From an uncultured Methanobacteriaceae archaeon (lineage in GTDB: Archaea > Methanobacteriota > Methanobacteria > Methanobacteriales > Methanobacteriaceae): a stretch of DNA of 64,000 bases. The notes below the pieces were generated by a model. That model was not told the DNA's origin. It was given only the letters and a program-made list of their open reading frames with translations, and did not search any database. Shown piece after piece: positions 23,319 to 35,225 of the stretch. Made by a program: the position numbers and the translations under genes. Each line of letters starts with the position of its first letter. Position 1 is the stretch's first letter. The stretch spans positions 3,846 through 67,845 of the forward strand of contig CAWBHV010000017.1 in NCBI GenBank assembly GCA_963788665.1. Direction: 5' to 3'.

Positions 23319-24393
23319 TTAAATATAGTTGTTTTTTTCTATTTTTTTTAGTTGTTTAAAATCTTTAATACCATTATTAACCGCTTTAAACCCTTCTTTG
23401 GATGTTTGCCAATCTTCTTTAACCAGCATCAGTACCATGTTAGCCATGAGGTAGAAGATGAAAAACACCGAAAAAACAAGTTTCTGCGGGGCCGATGCAT
23501 ATCTCGATATGAATATCAATCTGTTTCGTACAAGGTAGTGATATAATACAAAGTAGCCGAAATAATTCTCCCATGTCACACCGATCTTATGCCATACACA
23601 AGCTGTCGGAACAAATAAAAGTATGTATCCATGATTCTTCATCCGCATGCACAGGTCTGTCTCTTCCCAATATGCAAAATATACCGGATCGAACATGCCC
23701 ACCTTTTCAATTACATCCCTCTTGATAAGCATGCAACATCCTTCAACCTTATCTGTAACAGACACAGTGTTGAACTGCCCACCATCAATCTGGTCCTTAC
23801 CAAACCGCCTGCCCCTAGAAGTGAACAGGTCAATCTTCTCCCCTGCAAAGCTAATAACATCCCTACGCCCATTATAATCATAATAATATACTTTGGGGCC
23901 GACACAACCCACATTGGGTGTGGATTCACAAGTTTCGACCAGTTCACCCAGAAAATTAACATCAACCACTGTATCGTTGTTGAGCAGTAGGATATAATCA
24001 GATGATAGGTATTTCATCACGTATCCCATCCCTATGTTGTTACCTTCTGCATAACCATAGTTCTTATCATTTTTTATTAGAAGCAGTTTATTGGCCGAAA
24101 CCAGATTTTCAAATCCATCCTCCATCCTATTGAGATCATCCAGATCATTTTTATCGTATTCAAATAAAGATATTGGTTTGTTGATCTCCTGATAATCGTG
24201 GAATGGTGAATCAACATGTAAAATTCCCTTACAGTAATCCCTTATTTTTTTTATAGAACCATCACTCGATCCATTATCAACAACGATGATATCGTAGTTG
24301 GGATAATTTATCTGATAAAGGGATTCAAGACACTCAAGGGTAATCTTCCCACCCATTCCAGTTTAGCATTATGATAGTAACCCTTGGAAACAT
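23319..24393 (-). CDS. GT2 glycosyltransferase (rhamnosyltransferase-like); indel near start
   Basis: MFPRVTIIMLNWNGWED, VDNGSSD, NYGYAEGNN, LLNNDT, YWEETDLC. Confidence 0.9.
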
Positions 24394-24509
24394 TGAAACC
24401 ACTTTCTGAATCATTTTATATTAATGTGTTTGTTGAATATAATATTAGTAAGATATCATCTGTTAATTTATTAAAAAGAAATAAAAACAAAATTTTATTG
24501 TGATATACA

Positions 24510-25503
24510 ATGTCTGTAATAATAACCGTCGGGATCATAGCTAGGAATGAGGAAAAAAACATATCCAAAACCCTCAAAACTCTTTTAACACAAACTTTTC
24601 CAAATGAGTGTTACGAGGTGATCGTTGTTGATGGAAATTCCGGTGATAATACGAGGGAATTTGCATGGAAAGTACTTAACAAGTCAAATATCAGCTATAA
24701 AATATTAAATGAGGCAGATTATGGTTTTCACGGGGCATTGCTTTGCCCGTAATCTGGTTATTGACAATGCTTCAGAAAGCTCCAGGTACATAGCATTCAC
24801 AGATGCAGACTGTATACTAGATGAAAAATGGCTTACAATCCTGTACAAAGCTATAAAAAATACAGATAAACATACAGCAGGTGCGGGTGGCCCTAGATTA
24901 ATAGCAGAAACAGATAACAAAAAAGAACTAGTTATCAACTCATTATTAACCACATTTATAGCATCTGGTGGTAATCCTGCATTTTCAAAAAGAAGTGTAA
25001 AATTTACAAGCAGCATAGCTAACTACAACGCGATATACAAGAAACAGATTGTATCCAAGTTCAGGTACGATGATAAACTCATCATATCAGACGACAATGA
25101 ACTAAACTTCAGACTCAGAAAAGCTGGGTATGTATTCATAAATGTTCCCGATGCCAGGGTATGGCATCATGAAACAGATTCAATAATGGAATTTGCTGGA
25201 AACATGTATAGTTACGGTAATAATATCACCAACACAGTTAAGAAGCACAGAAATATGGTAACAATAAATATTCCCCTGACCACTGCATTCATAATCTACT
25301 TGATCATCCTGACACCGGCCTATTACCTTATAGGTTTTCTGGTTTTAACTCCTTTAATACTCTACATGATATTTGTTGTTCTGGTTTTCTTCGAGGTAAT
25401 AGTCAAGACCAGAACTGTCTACTCCCTCATGATATTTGTACTGGTACCCATCCAACATATAGCATACGGTCTGGGGGTTTTTTCTAACCTGCTTAGAGCA
25501 TGA
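24510..25503 (+). CDS. GT2 glycosyltransferase with C-terminal TM helices (ExoA-like); indel near 24730
   Basis: ARNEE, VVDGNSGD, ARN, FTDADC, DDNELNFRL. Confidence 0.87.
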
Positions 25504-25731
25504 AAGATTTGAGTCGGTTCAAAAAAAAAGTTTGATACATGTCTTCAATATATAATAAGAGATGCATACTAAAATGTTCCTGATCAATAGGTTTGCTGGT
25601 TAAGATAAAATAAAATAAAATAAATATAATCAACAACCATTTATGGAACTGGTTTATGATTGCGATATTTTTTATTCAGACAGGATTCATATGATTTTAT
25701 ATAAATTAATGATTAAAGGGATGTGAATGGT

Positions 25732-26450
25732 ATGATATACTTCAGAGGATGTGTTGTGAGGGAAAAACTTCCAAAAATAGCCGATGCAACTGAAAAACTA
25801 TTAAAAAAGGCCGGTGTACCATACACAATTATCGAGAACGAATCATGTTGCGGATCATTCCTGAAGAGAACAGGTTTCGAAACAGAGGCACACGAAGTCA
25901 TGGCGAAAACACTAAAACACTTAAATGACAATGAAACTGTACTCAATCATGTGCCGGCTGTTATAGCACATTCAAAAATGATTACAAAGAAATATTCGGT
26001 GTAGAGTTGGATGTTGTGCATACTTCAGAATTTTTTAACCGTCTCATAAACCAGGAACGGCTAGTCCTGAAAAATTCACCAATAAGGATAACATACCATG
26101 ATCCGTGCCACTTAGGCCGCCATTCAGGTATATATGATGAACCAAGAGAAATTATAAATAAAACAGGTTCATTAGTAGACATGGAAAGTAACAGGGAAAG
26201 GTCGCAATGCTGTGGGGCTGGTGCGGGTGTTAAGTCGGCATATCCTGAAATAGCAGAAAAAATTGGTTTAAAAAGAATAAAGGCTGCAGAAGAAACGAGT
26301 GCAGAACTACTGGTCACATCATGTTCATTTTGTATATTAAACCTTGAATCCGCACTGAAACAATCCCATGAAATCGGTACCACTGATAAACACCTCATTT
26401 CAAATGTACTGGATATTTCACAATTAATTTTGATGAGGCTTGAAAAATGA
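25732..26450 (+). CDS. CCG-domain Fe-S protein (LutA/HdrB-like); indel near 25945
   Basis: [31 protein letters not shown]. Confidence 0.88.
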
Positions 26451-27676
26451 AAGAGTCCGAGATAAGATCTATGAACCGCTCATTTGGGATACTGGAAGAA
26501 CGGAGACAGAAGATCATAGATAACGAACGCACAACCCAGCTACAAGAACATGTAAAGAAGATAAGGGAGCATTCGATCGGAGATATTGATAAACTTGTAG
26601 AAAAGGGAAAGGCACGACTTGAAGACAATGATATCGAAGTTGTTTATGCTGAAAATTCAGAAGAAGCACAGAAAGCAGTATATGAAATAGTAAAAGACCA
26701 TAAGATGGTTGCAAAGTCCAAATCAAATACTATCGGAGAAATTGGTCTCAATGAATTTTTAGAGGCTCGAGGTGTTGAGGTTCTTGAAACAGATCTGGGT
26801 GACAGGATAGTACAACTTGACCCGGATAGTCGTCCTTCACATCCCATTGGACCTGCATCACATCTCAGAATTGAAGATATTGCCAGGATATTATCTAAAG
26901 AATTTAATGTCGATGTTAAACCCGAACCAAGAGCAATACTAGAATTGGTCAAAAAAGATGTGCTGTCAAAACTATCAAAATGTTCTGTTGGAATAACAGG
27001 AGCCAATTCATTAGCAGCCGATGATGGATCTATTGTTACAGTACATAATGAGGGGAATATTAGTATGGTTTCGATGCTCGACACCCACATAGTTGTGGTG
27101 GGTATAGACAAACTCGTTGAAACAATAGAAGATGCTGTATCTGTTGTGAAACTCGAAACCATATTTGCCACTGGAAAAACCATACCCGCATATATCAATG
27201 TAATATCTTCACCATCCAAAACAGCAGATATAGAACAGATATTACTCAAAAATATGTACGGTGCTCGTAGAGTTGTTGTTATCTTGTTAGATAATGGAAG
27301 ACACCGGGTTATTGAAGAAAATGCCGAGTGTTTGATGTGTATTGGCTGCGGCAGCTGCATCGTAACATGTCCAGTATACACTGTTTTAGGCTATGAATTT
27401 GGATATAAACGGCATTTAGGGGGAAAAGGAGTTTTTTTAAGCAATTTCATCGCGGACAAAACAACTTGTTATGAATCAGGACTATATAAATGCACCCTTT
27501 GCGAGCTTTGCACAGTTGAATGTCCATTGGGTATCAAAACCAGTAGGCTTATAGAAAGTTTGAGAAATGAATCAGTTAAATCCAACCTGTACCCAGCCGA
27601 ACACGAATCTATCAAAAACAGCATCAATAAACATGGGTCACCATTCAACGGTGATCACGAGAAAAATAAACATTAG
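26447..27676 (+). CDS. LUD-domain Fe-S protein (LutB-like)
   Basis: [24 protein letters not shown], two CxxCxxCxxxCP motifs; overlaps upstream stop. Confidence 0.9.
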   Translation: MKESEIRSMNRSFGILEERRQKIIDNERTTQLQEHVKKIREHSIGDIDKLVEKGKARLEDNDIEVVYAENSEEAQKAVYEIVKDHKMVAKSKSNTIGEIGLNEFLEARGVEVLETDLGDRIVQLDPDSRPSHPIGPASHLRIEDIARILSKEFNVDVKPEPRAILELVKKDVLSKLSKCSVGITGANSLAADDGSIVTVHNEGNISMVSMLDTHIVVVGIDKLVETIEDAVSVVKLETIFATGKTIPAYINVISSPSKTADIEQILLKNMYGARRVVVILLDNGRHRVIEENAECLMCIGCGSCIVTCPVYTVLGYEFGYKRHLGGKGVFLSNFIADKTTCYESGLYKCTLCELCTVECPLGIKTSRLIESLRNESVKSNLYPAEHESIKNSINKHGSPFNGDHEKNKH

Positions 27677-27723
27677 AATTGTTAACCTAATTATAAATCA
27701 TTACAAAGACAAATTTTATTGAT

Positions 27724-27882
27724 ATGATAGACGATGATCTTGACGAAAATAACCATGATGAAACCATACAGAGTTATGCACATAAAAAGAGGGAAGGCGC
27801 TGGTGTGATTGGAATCATCAAATCATTGTTAGTCATCATTCTGGTTGTCTTGGGTGTGATATTTTATCTGAGATTTTTATAA
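27724..27882 (+). CDS. Small acidic tail-anchored membrane protein (about 52 aa; probable indel)
   Basis: MIDDDLDENNHDETIQSYAHKK, then shifted frame GKGAGVIGIIKSLLVIILVVLGVIFYLRFL*. Confidence 0.5.
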   Translation: MIDDDLDENNHDETIQSYAHKKREGAGVIGIIKSLLVIILVVLGVIFYLRFL

Positions 27883-27968
27883 ACAATTCATTAGAGCGAA
27901 TAATAATTCATTTTGGGCGTTCTCGGAAATAAAATATTTCATAAAAAAAGTGAAATTTGAATATGAAA

Positions 27969-29394
27969 TCACCGACGACCGAAGGATCGTTTAAATCCTA
28001 TAAAAACATCCTTAGCAGATCTTAACAGGGGATGTTTAACATTTACAGGTGTTTTCAATTTTTCTAATCTCTCTATTCTAAAGTAAAGTGGCGGATGGGT
28101 ATCGTATGAAAGCCAACGCAGGATATTAGACGAGGTTCTCTCCATTTGCAACCGATTAAACCCTATCTTTCTCAGAGATTGTGCAAGTACTTCTGGCTGT
28201 CCGATTTTCATCGCAGAAACCAGATCTGCACGTGTTTCAAAGAACTTGGCAACAAAAAAGACCAGGGCCAGGATCAGGATGATGTATATGATAGGGCTTA
28301 TCAAAAATATCGGATACAATATGGTGTAACTGAGTATGAATGTTATGGATATTATGGAGAAAAGAACTATGGGGTCGCGTCCTTTAAGATGTCCCATTTC
28401 ATGCCCTAAAACGCTCAGTATTTCATTTTCTTCAAGTTCAACAAGCAGTCCCGTTGTAATCAACACCAAACCCCTTTTGGGGCTGGGTCCTGTTGCTGCT
28501 GCATTGGGAACCATCGTGTTTGATATTACGATTTTGGGCATGGGAAGTTGGAATTTATCAGCTGCTGTTTTCACGATGTCATACACATCAACCTTCTTAA
28601 CCAGTTGATATTCCGGATTACACTTAAACCCATAATTTTCAAATATTTCATGACCAAGTTCACATGTGGGTGTTTCACCAACTGCAAATGTCCTGTCGTA
28701 TATTTCCTTTTTCATCTGGATAACTACTTCTTTGCCAAATTTTTTTCGAAAATCTTGGAACTCCTGGATGGGGAGTTGATATTCCATTATATGCACATAG
28801 GGATTTGATTCTGTCACATTCCAATTGCTTCCCGCTGTGTAAATCCTGTCGGATAATAATACAATACTAAGTTGAAGACCTAGAATTGCAATTATTGCTA
28901 ACCGCAGTCCTAATAATATGAATAATATGATGTTTATCCCGAAGAAAATTATGTAAACAACCAGTAAATTACTCCCGAAGAGTCGGTCAGAAATTTTTTT
29001 CCTCGAATTAGGAGGCTGTTCTGGGATGATATTTTCGCCCTCTATCCATGCAAAGTACAGTGTTGACTGACGCACATTTTCATGGTAAAACTGCACAACA
29101 TTTATGAGATTCCTCCTTAACCGAGTTTGTAAACTTTTCCGATGCCGTTTCATCAGGGTCCATTTCAACATTTATAGGATTACCAGATCTCATTCTAACA
29201 AATATTTGACCGCCATCCTTCGGATTCATGGCAGTAAAACTGAGTGTGGAGTATTTTCTTTCCCGGTGTATGTGTATGTTTCTAAAATTTTCGGGTTTGG
29301 GTTTTAAGTAATATTTGACAATGTATTCAAAAATTTCATCCTTATGAACTGGTGCAACAGCAGTGTCGATCGTAAAATATTCTGTTCCAGACAT
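27969..29394 (-). CDS. M48 (HtpX-like) zinc metalloprotease with long N-terminal extension; indel near 29110
   Basis: PNAAATG, HEMGH, ETRAD, THPP. Confidence 0.88.
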
Positions 29395-29525
29395 TTTTCA
29401 CCAACTAAAAAATCAATAATCAAATTTAACAGTTTATAACATATTTTATGGTTTTAATTGATTAAATAATTTTTGAAGGTCTGGTTTAGAATGACTGATA
29501 CATTTAAAAAAAAATAAAAAAAATT

Positions 29526-32204
29526 TTAATTTATTTTCAGGCTATCGAGCATGGTGTTGAAATTCGTTTTTTCCTGAGCAAAAGTTTTTTCGGGCGATTG
29601 AATATCTAATATGTATGAGTTGTTGTTTTTCAATATCAGTATTTCATGATCTTCCATAGGTTCATTGAAAATAGTAGGGTTATCGATTATCATGACTTGT
29701 TCATATGCTGTGGTATCATCAATTTTAATAGTGTTCCTGGATATTACACTGGTCCCACTAGGATTTTGCATATTTTCAAACGAATCTATGGTTTCCTGGT
29801 TTGTCATTCCGGCATTGGGATTAATAGATATTTCGAATAGTGGAGCATCGTTATCGCTTGGATTAACATTATTTGGTATTACAAGTATAGTATCGATACC
29901 ATATTGGTTAAATGCCTGCACATTCCAATTTAATGGATAATTAAATCTTACACCGTAACCAGAATAAACACTAGTAGATGGTCCTGTTTTGAATTTAAAT
30001 GTATATAATTTGTTATTATTATTTGCTAAATCCATTAAAGCACTTGATGGTATCACGACTTGATATGTGTCTTTGTTTATTCTGTTGACTGATTGTTTGA
30101 TCGTTAATATGTCTCCAGAAATCTTTTTGGTTATGGGTACAATTTTGCTGGTTGTAAGATTTTTGACGTATATTTTTGAGAAATTAGTGCCCGCGACAAT
30201 GTTTTCACTGAATTTGATTATTATGGGTGCTGTCAAAGAAACTGTCATATTACCGTTACTTGGTGAAGTTGCGGATACAATCGGCGGAATTTTGTCTATG
30301 GTATATTTCTGTGAATATACCGGGGACTTGTTACCTGCCAGGTCCACAGCTAAGTATTTAACAACGGTTGTATTGGTTATTATGAAATGTCCACCGTACT
30401 TTCTGCTCGTGGTTGTAGGTGTTGTTCCATTGGTGGTGTAATAAATAGTACCTTGTTTGTTCATTGACAAATACAGAACTTTGTTTGTGTTATAATAACC
30501 AGTCGGGAGATTGGCCGATGCTTTTGGTGCTACTGTATCGATGGTGAAGTTTGACTGAACCGTTGCAGTTAGATTGTTTCCTTGAATGTCCGTTACAGAA
30601 TACAATGGTATGTTGATATAGTAGTTTCCATTAACATAATTTTTTGTTGCAGTTATGGTTAAAACAGTTCCATTTATGTTTTTGGTTGTTGGAACTGTTC
30701 CTGAGGGACCTGATAATTTAATGTTGTTGTATGAGGGTCCAGCAGTAATTGGTTCGTTGAAAGTCACAAGGATCACCTTGCTGACGTTGTTTGTTATTGC
30801 GTTGCATGTTGGATCGATAAAAGTTACAGCTGGATGTATATTTACCGTCATCGATGTTTTTACTGTCTGGTTATTTATTGTGGCAATGATATTGGCCGAA
30901 ATATTAGGTTTATCTGAACTGGCTGCTGTAAATATTGCTGTAGCCTGACCATTAATGATACTGGGTGTGGTTGTGCTGATGCTTCCGTTGGTTGCTGAGA
31001 ATGTTATTGGGATACCATCAGGAACATGGCCATTGTTAGGATCGTGATTGATGCCGTTATTGTCGTGTGTTAAATCGGCTGTTATGGTAGCATTAGAATT
31101 ATTCGAAATCGCTGAAGAGTTTGTTGTGATGTTTAATATCATCCATGAGGTGATATTAAAACCTGCCACATCATTTGATGGATTGTTGTTTGATCCCCAC
31201 CAATTGTTATTAGCATCCATCCCACTTGAAAACATGTTGTAGATTGCACTGCCTATTGTTGCAGTATTCCCAACAATCCTATCGAAACTAACATTGGAGG
31301 ACCCCATATAGTCGCAGATGGCCCCACCTTCATATGATGTGTTATTAAGTAAAGAACAGCTTGTGATGGTCATATGTCCTCCGGCGATTGCTCCACCATC
31401 ACCACATTCGCCCCCATTACATATTACGCTGTTGTTTTGTAGTGTGCTGTTATTCATGATCAATGATCCACCATTGCTGAAGATGGCTCCACCCTCACCT
31501 GGCACATGGTTGAATTGGAATGTGCTGTTGTTCACTGTTAATGATCCGGTATTTGCATTGAAAATACCGCCACCATATTCTGATGTGTTGTTTTGGATAA
31601 TATCGTTTGTCAGGTCCGTGACTCCATTGTTGTACACGGATCCACCCCATTCGCCTGCGTAATTATTTTCAAGTATACAGTTGTTGATGGTTAATGTTCC
31701 GTTATTTAATATGGCACCACCACTAGGTGTTGAATTTCCGTTGATGAGTGTTAAATTGGTTAGGGTAACATTAACTCCAGTTGCAATTGTGAATATATCA
31801 CCCAGTTCTTGAGCATCAATCACCGTGTTTTGTTGGTTTTCACCTATTATATTCAAATCTTCATTTATGGTTATATTATTTTCATCGTAGGTTCCCTGTG
31901 CAATATAGATAGTACCATTTGTTCCGACGGTTCCTGTTGCATTTGTTATTGTGGCTTTTGGTCCGCTTGTGCCGTTCCAAGTTGCCAGCAGTCCGTCATA
32001 ATTATCATTTCCCGATGAACTAACATAGCTTATATTACCCGAAGCAGCCGAAACACTTCCAGCAGAGTACGAAAAAATAATAATCAAACCAATTGAAAAT
32101 AGTAAAAGTATGGTTAACCTTGATTTACAAATTTTATTATTAGATATGGCAGTAAATATATTTGAATTCAAATATTTGTCCCCCCTTTCCCCTAGTTTTA
32201 TCAT
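29526..32204 (-). CDS. Adhesin-like surface protein (beta-helix GGAI repeats, Ig-like domains, chitobiase-like module, PsbP-like C-terminus)
   Basis: N-terminal hydrophobic anchor, repeated GGAI/GGGI, NNWWGSN, IYYTTNGTTPT, FSENI Ig-like motifs, FNYPLNW...FNTMLDSLKI. Confidence 0.85.
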   Translation of the reverse strand: MIKLGERGDKYLNSNIFTAISNNKICKSRLTILLLFSIGLIIIFSYSAGSVSAASGNISYVSSSGNDNYDGLLATWNGTSGPKATITNATGTVGTNGTIYIAQGTYDENNITINEDLNIIGENQQNTVIDAQELGDIFTIATGVNVTLTNLTLINGNSTPSGGAILNNGTLTINNCILENNYAGEWGGSVYNNGVTDLTNDIIQNNTSEYGGGIFNANTGSLTVNNSTFQFNHVPGEGGAIFSNGGSLIMNNSTLQNNSVICNGGECGDGGAIAGGHMTITSCSLLNNTSYEGGAICDYMGSSNVSFDRIVGNTATIGSAIYNMFSSGMDANNNWWGSNNNPSNDVAGFNITSWMILNITTNSSAISNNSNATITADLTHDNNGINHDPNNGHVPDGIPITFSATNGSISTTTPSIINGQATAIFTAASSDKPNISANIIATINNQTVKTSMTVNIHPAVTFIDPTCNAITNNVSKVILVTFNEPITAGPSYNNIKLSGPSGTVPTTKNINGTVLTITATKNYVNGNYYINIPLYSVTDIQGNNLTATVQSNFTIDTVAPKASANLPTGYYNTNKVLYLSMNKQGTIYYTTNGTTPTTTSRKYGGHFIITNTTVVKYLAVDLAGNKSPVYSQKYTIDKIPPIVSATSPSNGNMTVSLTAPIIIKFSENIVAGTNFSKIYVKNLTTSKIVPITKKISGDILTIKQSVNRINKDTYQVVIPSSALMDLANNNNKLYTFKFKTGPSTSVYSGYGVRFNYPLNWNVQAFNQYGIDTILVIPNNVNPSDNDAPLFEISINPNAGMTNQETIDSFENMQNPSGTSVISRNTIKIDDTTAYEQVMIIDNPTIFNEPMEDHEILILKNNNSYILDIQSPEKTFAQEKTNFNTMLDSLKIN

Positions 32205-33076
32205 CTAAACGCATTTTAATGTAATATTATGTTTATTTTGGATACATGCTTATTATTAAATTTTACTAAATAATCTCTTATTTGGAAATAATATTCAAAA
32301 TATGATATATTCATGGATGAAATGGATAATAAATAATATTTAAAGGGTTGTTATATCTCAGGGTCACTGGTTCTTTAGATATAGCCATTTATTTGGCCAG
32401 GAATGAGAAACTATGGGAGAAATGAATGTTTCAATATGTTATATAAGTCGAAATTTTATAAAGCATTAAGAACTCATGAACAGATTATCAATGATATAAT
32501 AAGCACACTGGAAAAAATTTGTTTGTAATGGGAATGTAAATAAAATCTTAAAAAATAATCATAATTCACCATTACAATGACATATGTAAGGAATATGAAT
32601 AGCAGTTATCATTAAACGGATTTATTGAAGATCTCCAAGTAATATAATATTCACATGTATTTCATGGACAAAAGACTATGGTAGATCCACACTAATATTT
32701 TTGTTAGAATGGTGATTGATATATAAATACTGACAAATACTATTAATTTTTAGCGCCATGTTTAGATAAGAATAAATACCGAAATCAAACAAATGATGAG
32801 TATGATTATAAAAAATTGTTTGATACGATCCTGAATAGTTATGTAAATAATTTTTTAATTCATGTCTATGAAAATTAATAATATCCGAGGAATAATATCA
32901 TGATGAGGTATGGTCGTAATTTAAAACCTTTAAGTGCGGAAATCAAACAGATAAAAACTGTATATGGTGATAGTTCCAAAAATATCAAACGAATTCATTT
33001 GAAATGTAGTTTAAAAGAATGATTATAAATTGTTTAATATGTTTTCAGTTTTTATCAATCCTAGGAACATTAAAAA

Positions 33077-34076
33077 ATGTTGATTAAAGAACAGAATTCC
33101 TGGTACTTTGAGGATATTATAAATCCCACACATGGCAGATTGATCAGGGAAGTCATGGATTTTTACACAGATGAACAGTTCATCCAGGTCAGGATAAAGA
33201 ATTTTTTGAAGTTAAATATTAAAAGACGCGATACTGGAGCTCCTTTATTTTTTATAGCATCCTATGATCCGACAAACAATATACATGGGGAATTTGCTGT
33301 TTTCAATGTTAATTTGGGTGACATGGAAAGTTATCCCAGTTCCATAAATTATCTTGAGACAGGACTCAGACATGTTAAATTAAAATCAATATCTTCTACC
33401 CAAACCCGGATTTGAAAAGAAGCCCAATAAAATAGGTTTGAATAATCTAACAGGCTACATTGCCACATCCCGGTTGGAACGGCCCAAATTACACCAGTAA
33501 GGTATAACACTTCCAAAGGGTATGAAAATGGATAGGGATATGTCCAGCCCCCAATTATATTATGTTAATTGTGATGATGCGGGTAAACTGTTGTTAAATG
33601 TTCAGTATGTTGAAAAAATCGATGATAATCAAGTGAATCATCTTTTGATCGATGAGGATGATTATGATGCCAATTATGATATCATTAAGGATCCCGATGT
33701 TGAGTTCTATCTCCAGTATTCTGCTTCAAACAAACTCAAATATATCATTTTTTATCCAATATTCTCGCTGCTCATGCTTAGCTTTGTTATCATACTATTT
33801 TTACCATTGTTAAAACAGTTTTTAGGCGGTTCTATGCCTTTGAACTTTACGCTTATCGATTTTTTTAATATACTGATACCCCAGACCATTGTACTTTTCC
33901 CATTCACCTATTACTATGTTGATTCTAGGCGTAGAAACTTTGAAGTACCATTCAACACATTGACTGAATACGCTATACTCACTGCAATATTGATATTGTT
34001 GATAAATATCATCTTATTATCCTCAAATTATCTGAAACCATTTGATGTGTTGCATTACTTCATCCACAATATATGA
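33077..34076 (+). pseudogene. Fragmented hypothetical membrane protein (soluble N-terminal part, about 3 C-terminal TM helices)
   Basis: Same-strand ORFs 33077-33415 and 33522-34076 with coding-like sequence between them. Confidence 0.5.
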
Positions 34077-34350
34077 GCAGATCGAGAGCCAACAGAAAAC
34101 TATGAATATGGTTCAAGTTTTACACGTGCTAATATTCACTATTTTATTCAGAATATATGTGTAAACGCCATCTTTTTCTATAATAATTGATTCATTAGAT
34201 TTTCCACTATTCATTATCGATCAAATTTTTTTGATTAGGGAACATCTTTATATGTTGCTTCCTATAATCTTAATAATTAAATATACTAATGGACTCATAA
34301 GATTTAAGTAGAGTTATGGGTTTTTTATCAAAAAATAGGAGGTATATAAT

Positions 34351-35063
34351 TTGCTTCTCTTAATTAGTCCAATAAACACAGACGAGGCACTAGAAGCCAT
34401 TGAAGGCGGTGCAGATATAATTGACGTAAAAAATCCTAAGGAGGGTTCCCTGGGGTGCGAACTTCCCGTGGGTGATAAAGAGTATAAGGGAAATGACTCC
34501 AGAGGGCATGCATGTAAGTGCGACACTCGGAGATGTACCTACAAGCCCGGGACTGTATCTCTTGCAGCGGCTGGTGCTGTGGTTTCTGGGGGTGACTATA
34601 TAAAAGTAGGCCTCTACGGTACTAAAAACTTTGATGAAGCCTTAGAAGTAATGGAGAATGTTGTCAGATCTGTTAGAGAATTTGATAAAGATGCTTTAAT
34701 TGTTGCATCCGGATATGCCGATGCCCATAGAATAGGTGCAGTTGACCCCATGGAAATCCCTAGGATAGCTTCAGATTCAGGTGCTGATCTTGCAATGCTT
34801 GATACTGCTGTTAAAGATGGTAGTACACTCTTCGACCATATGGATAGTGACAAGCTCCAGATATTCAACAACACCATTCATGATTACGGATTAAAATCAG
34901 CCCTCGCAGGTTCTGTCAAGAAAAATCAGCTGAAATTACTCGACGAGATTGGTTGCGATGTTGTTGGTATTCGGGAGCAGCATGCACAGGCGGCGATAGA
35001 AACAAAGGAAGTATCCATCGTGATGCGGTTGATGAACTGAAAACATTGATAGAAAACTTTTAA
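34351..35063 (+). CDS. mfnB: (5-formylfuran-3-yl)methyl phosphate synthase (methanofuran biosynthesis); indels
   Basis: LLISP...[36 protein letters not shown]; shifted frame restores ANFPWVI...SATLGDV. Confidence 0.92.
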
Positions 35064-35225
35064 AGTATAAAAATCATTATTATTTAAAGAAAATTCACTA
35101 AAACATAACATCTTCTTATGTATATAAAAATTTTTTTTAATCAGATTTAAAGGTTTATAAAATAAAGTAACAATAACAAAAAAAATTTAAATTATTTGAA
35201 TAACCCGCGGGTTGGAGGTATTCTT

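Noticed and set aside
25603-25626. (TAAAA)n microsatellite
   Set aside because: Short and expected in AT-rich intergenic DNA
26644-27381. 245-aa antisense ORF (also 6839-7426 and 51031-51549)
   Set aside because: Mirror-frame shadows of well-supported genes; no motifs or RBS
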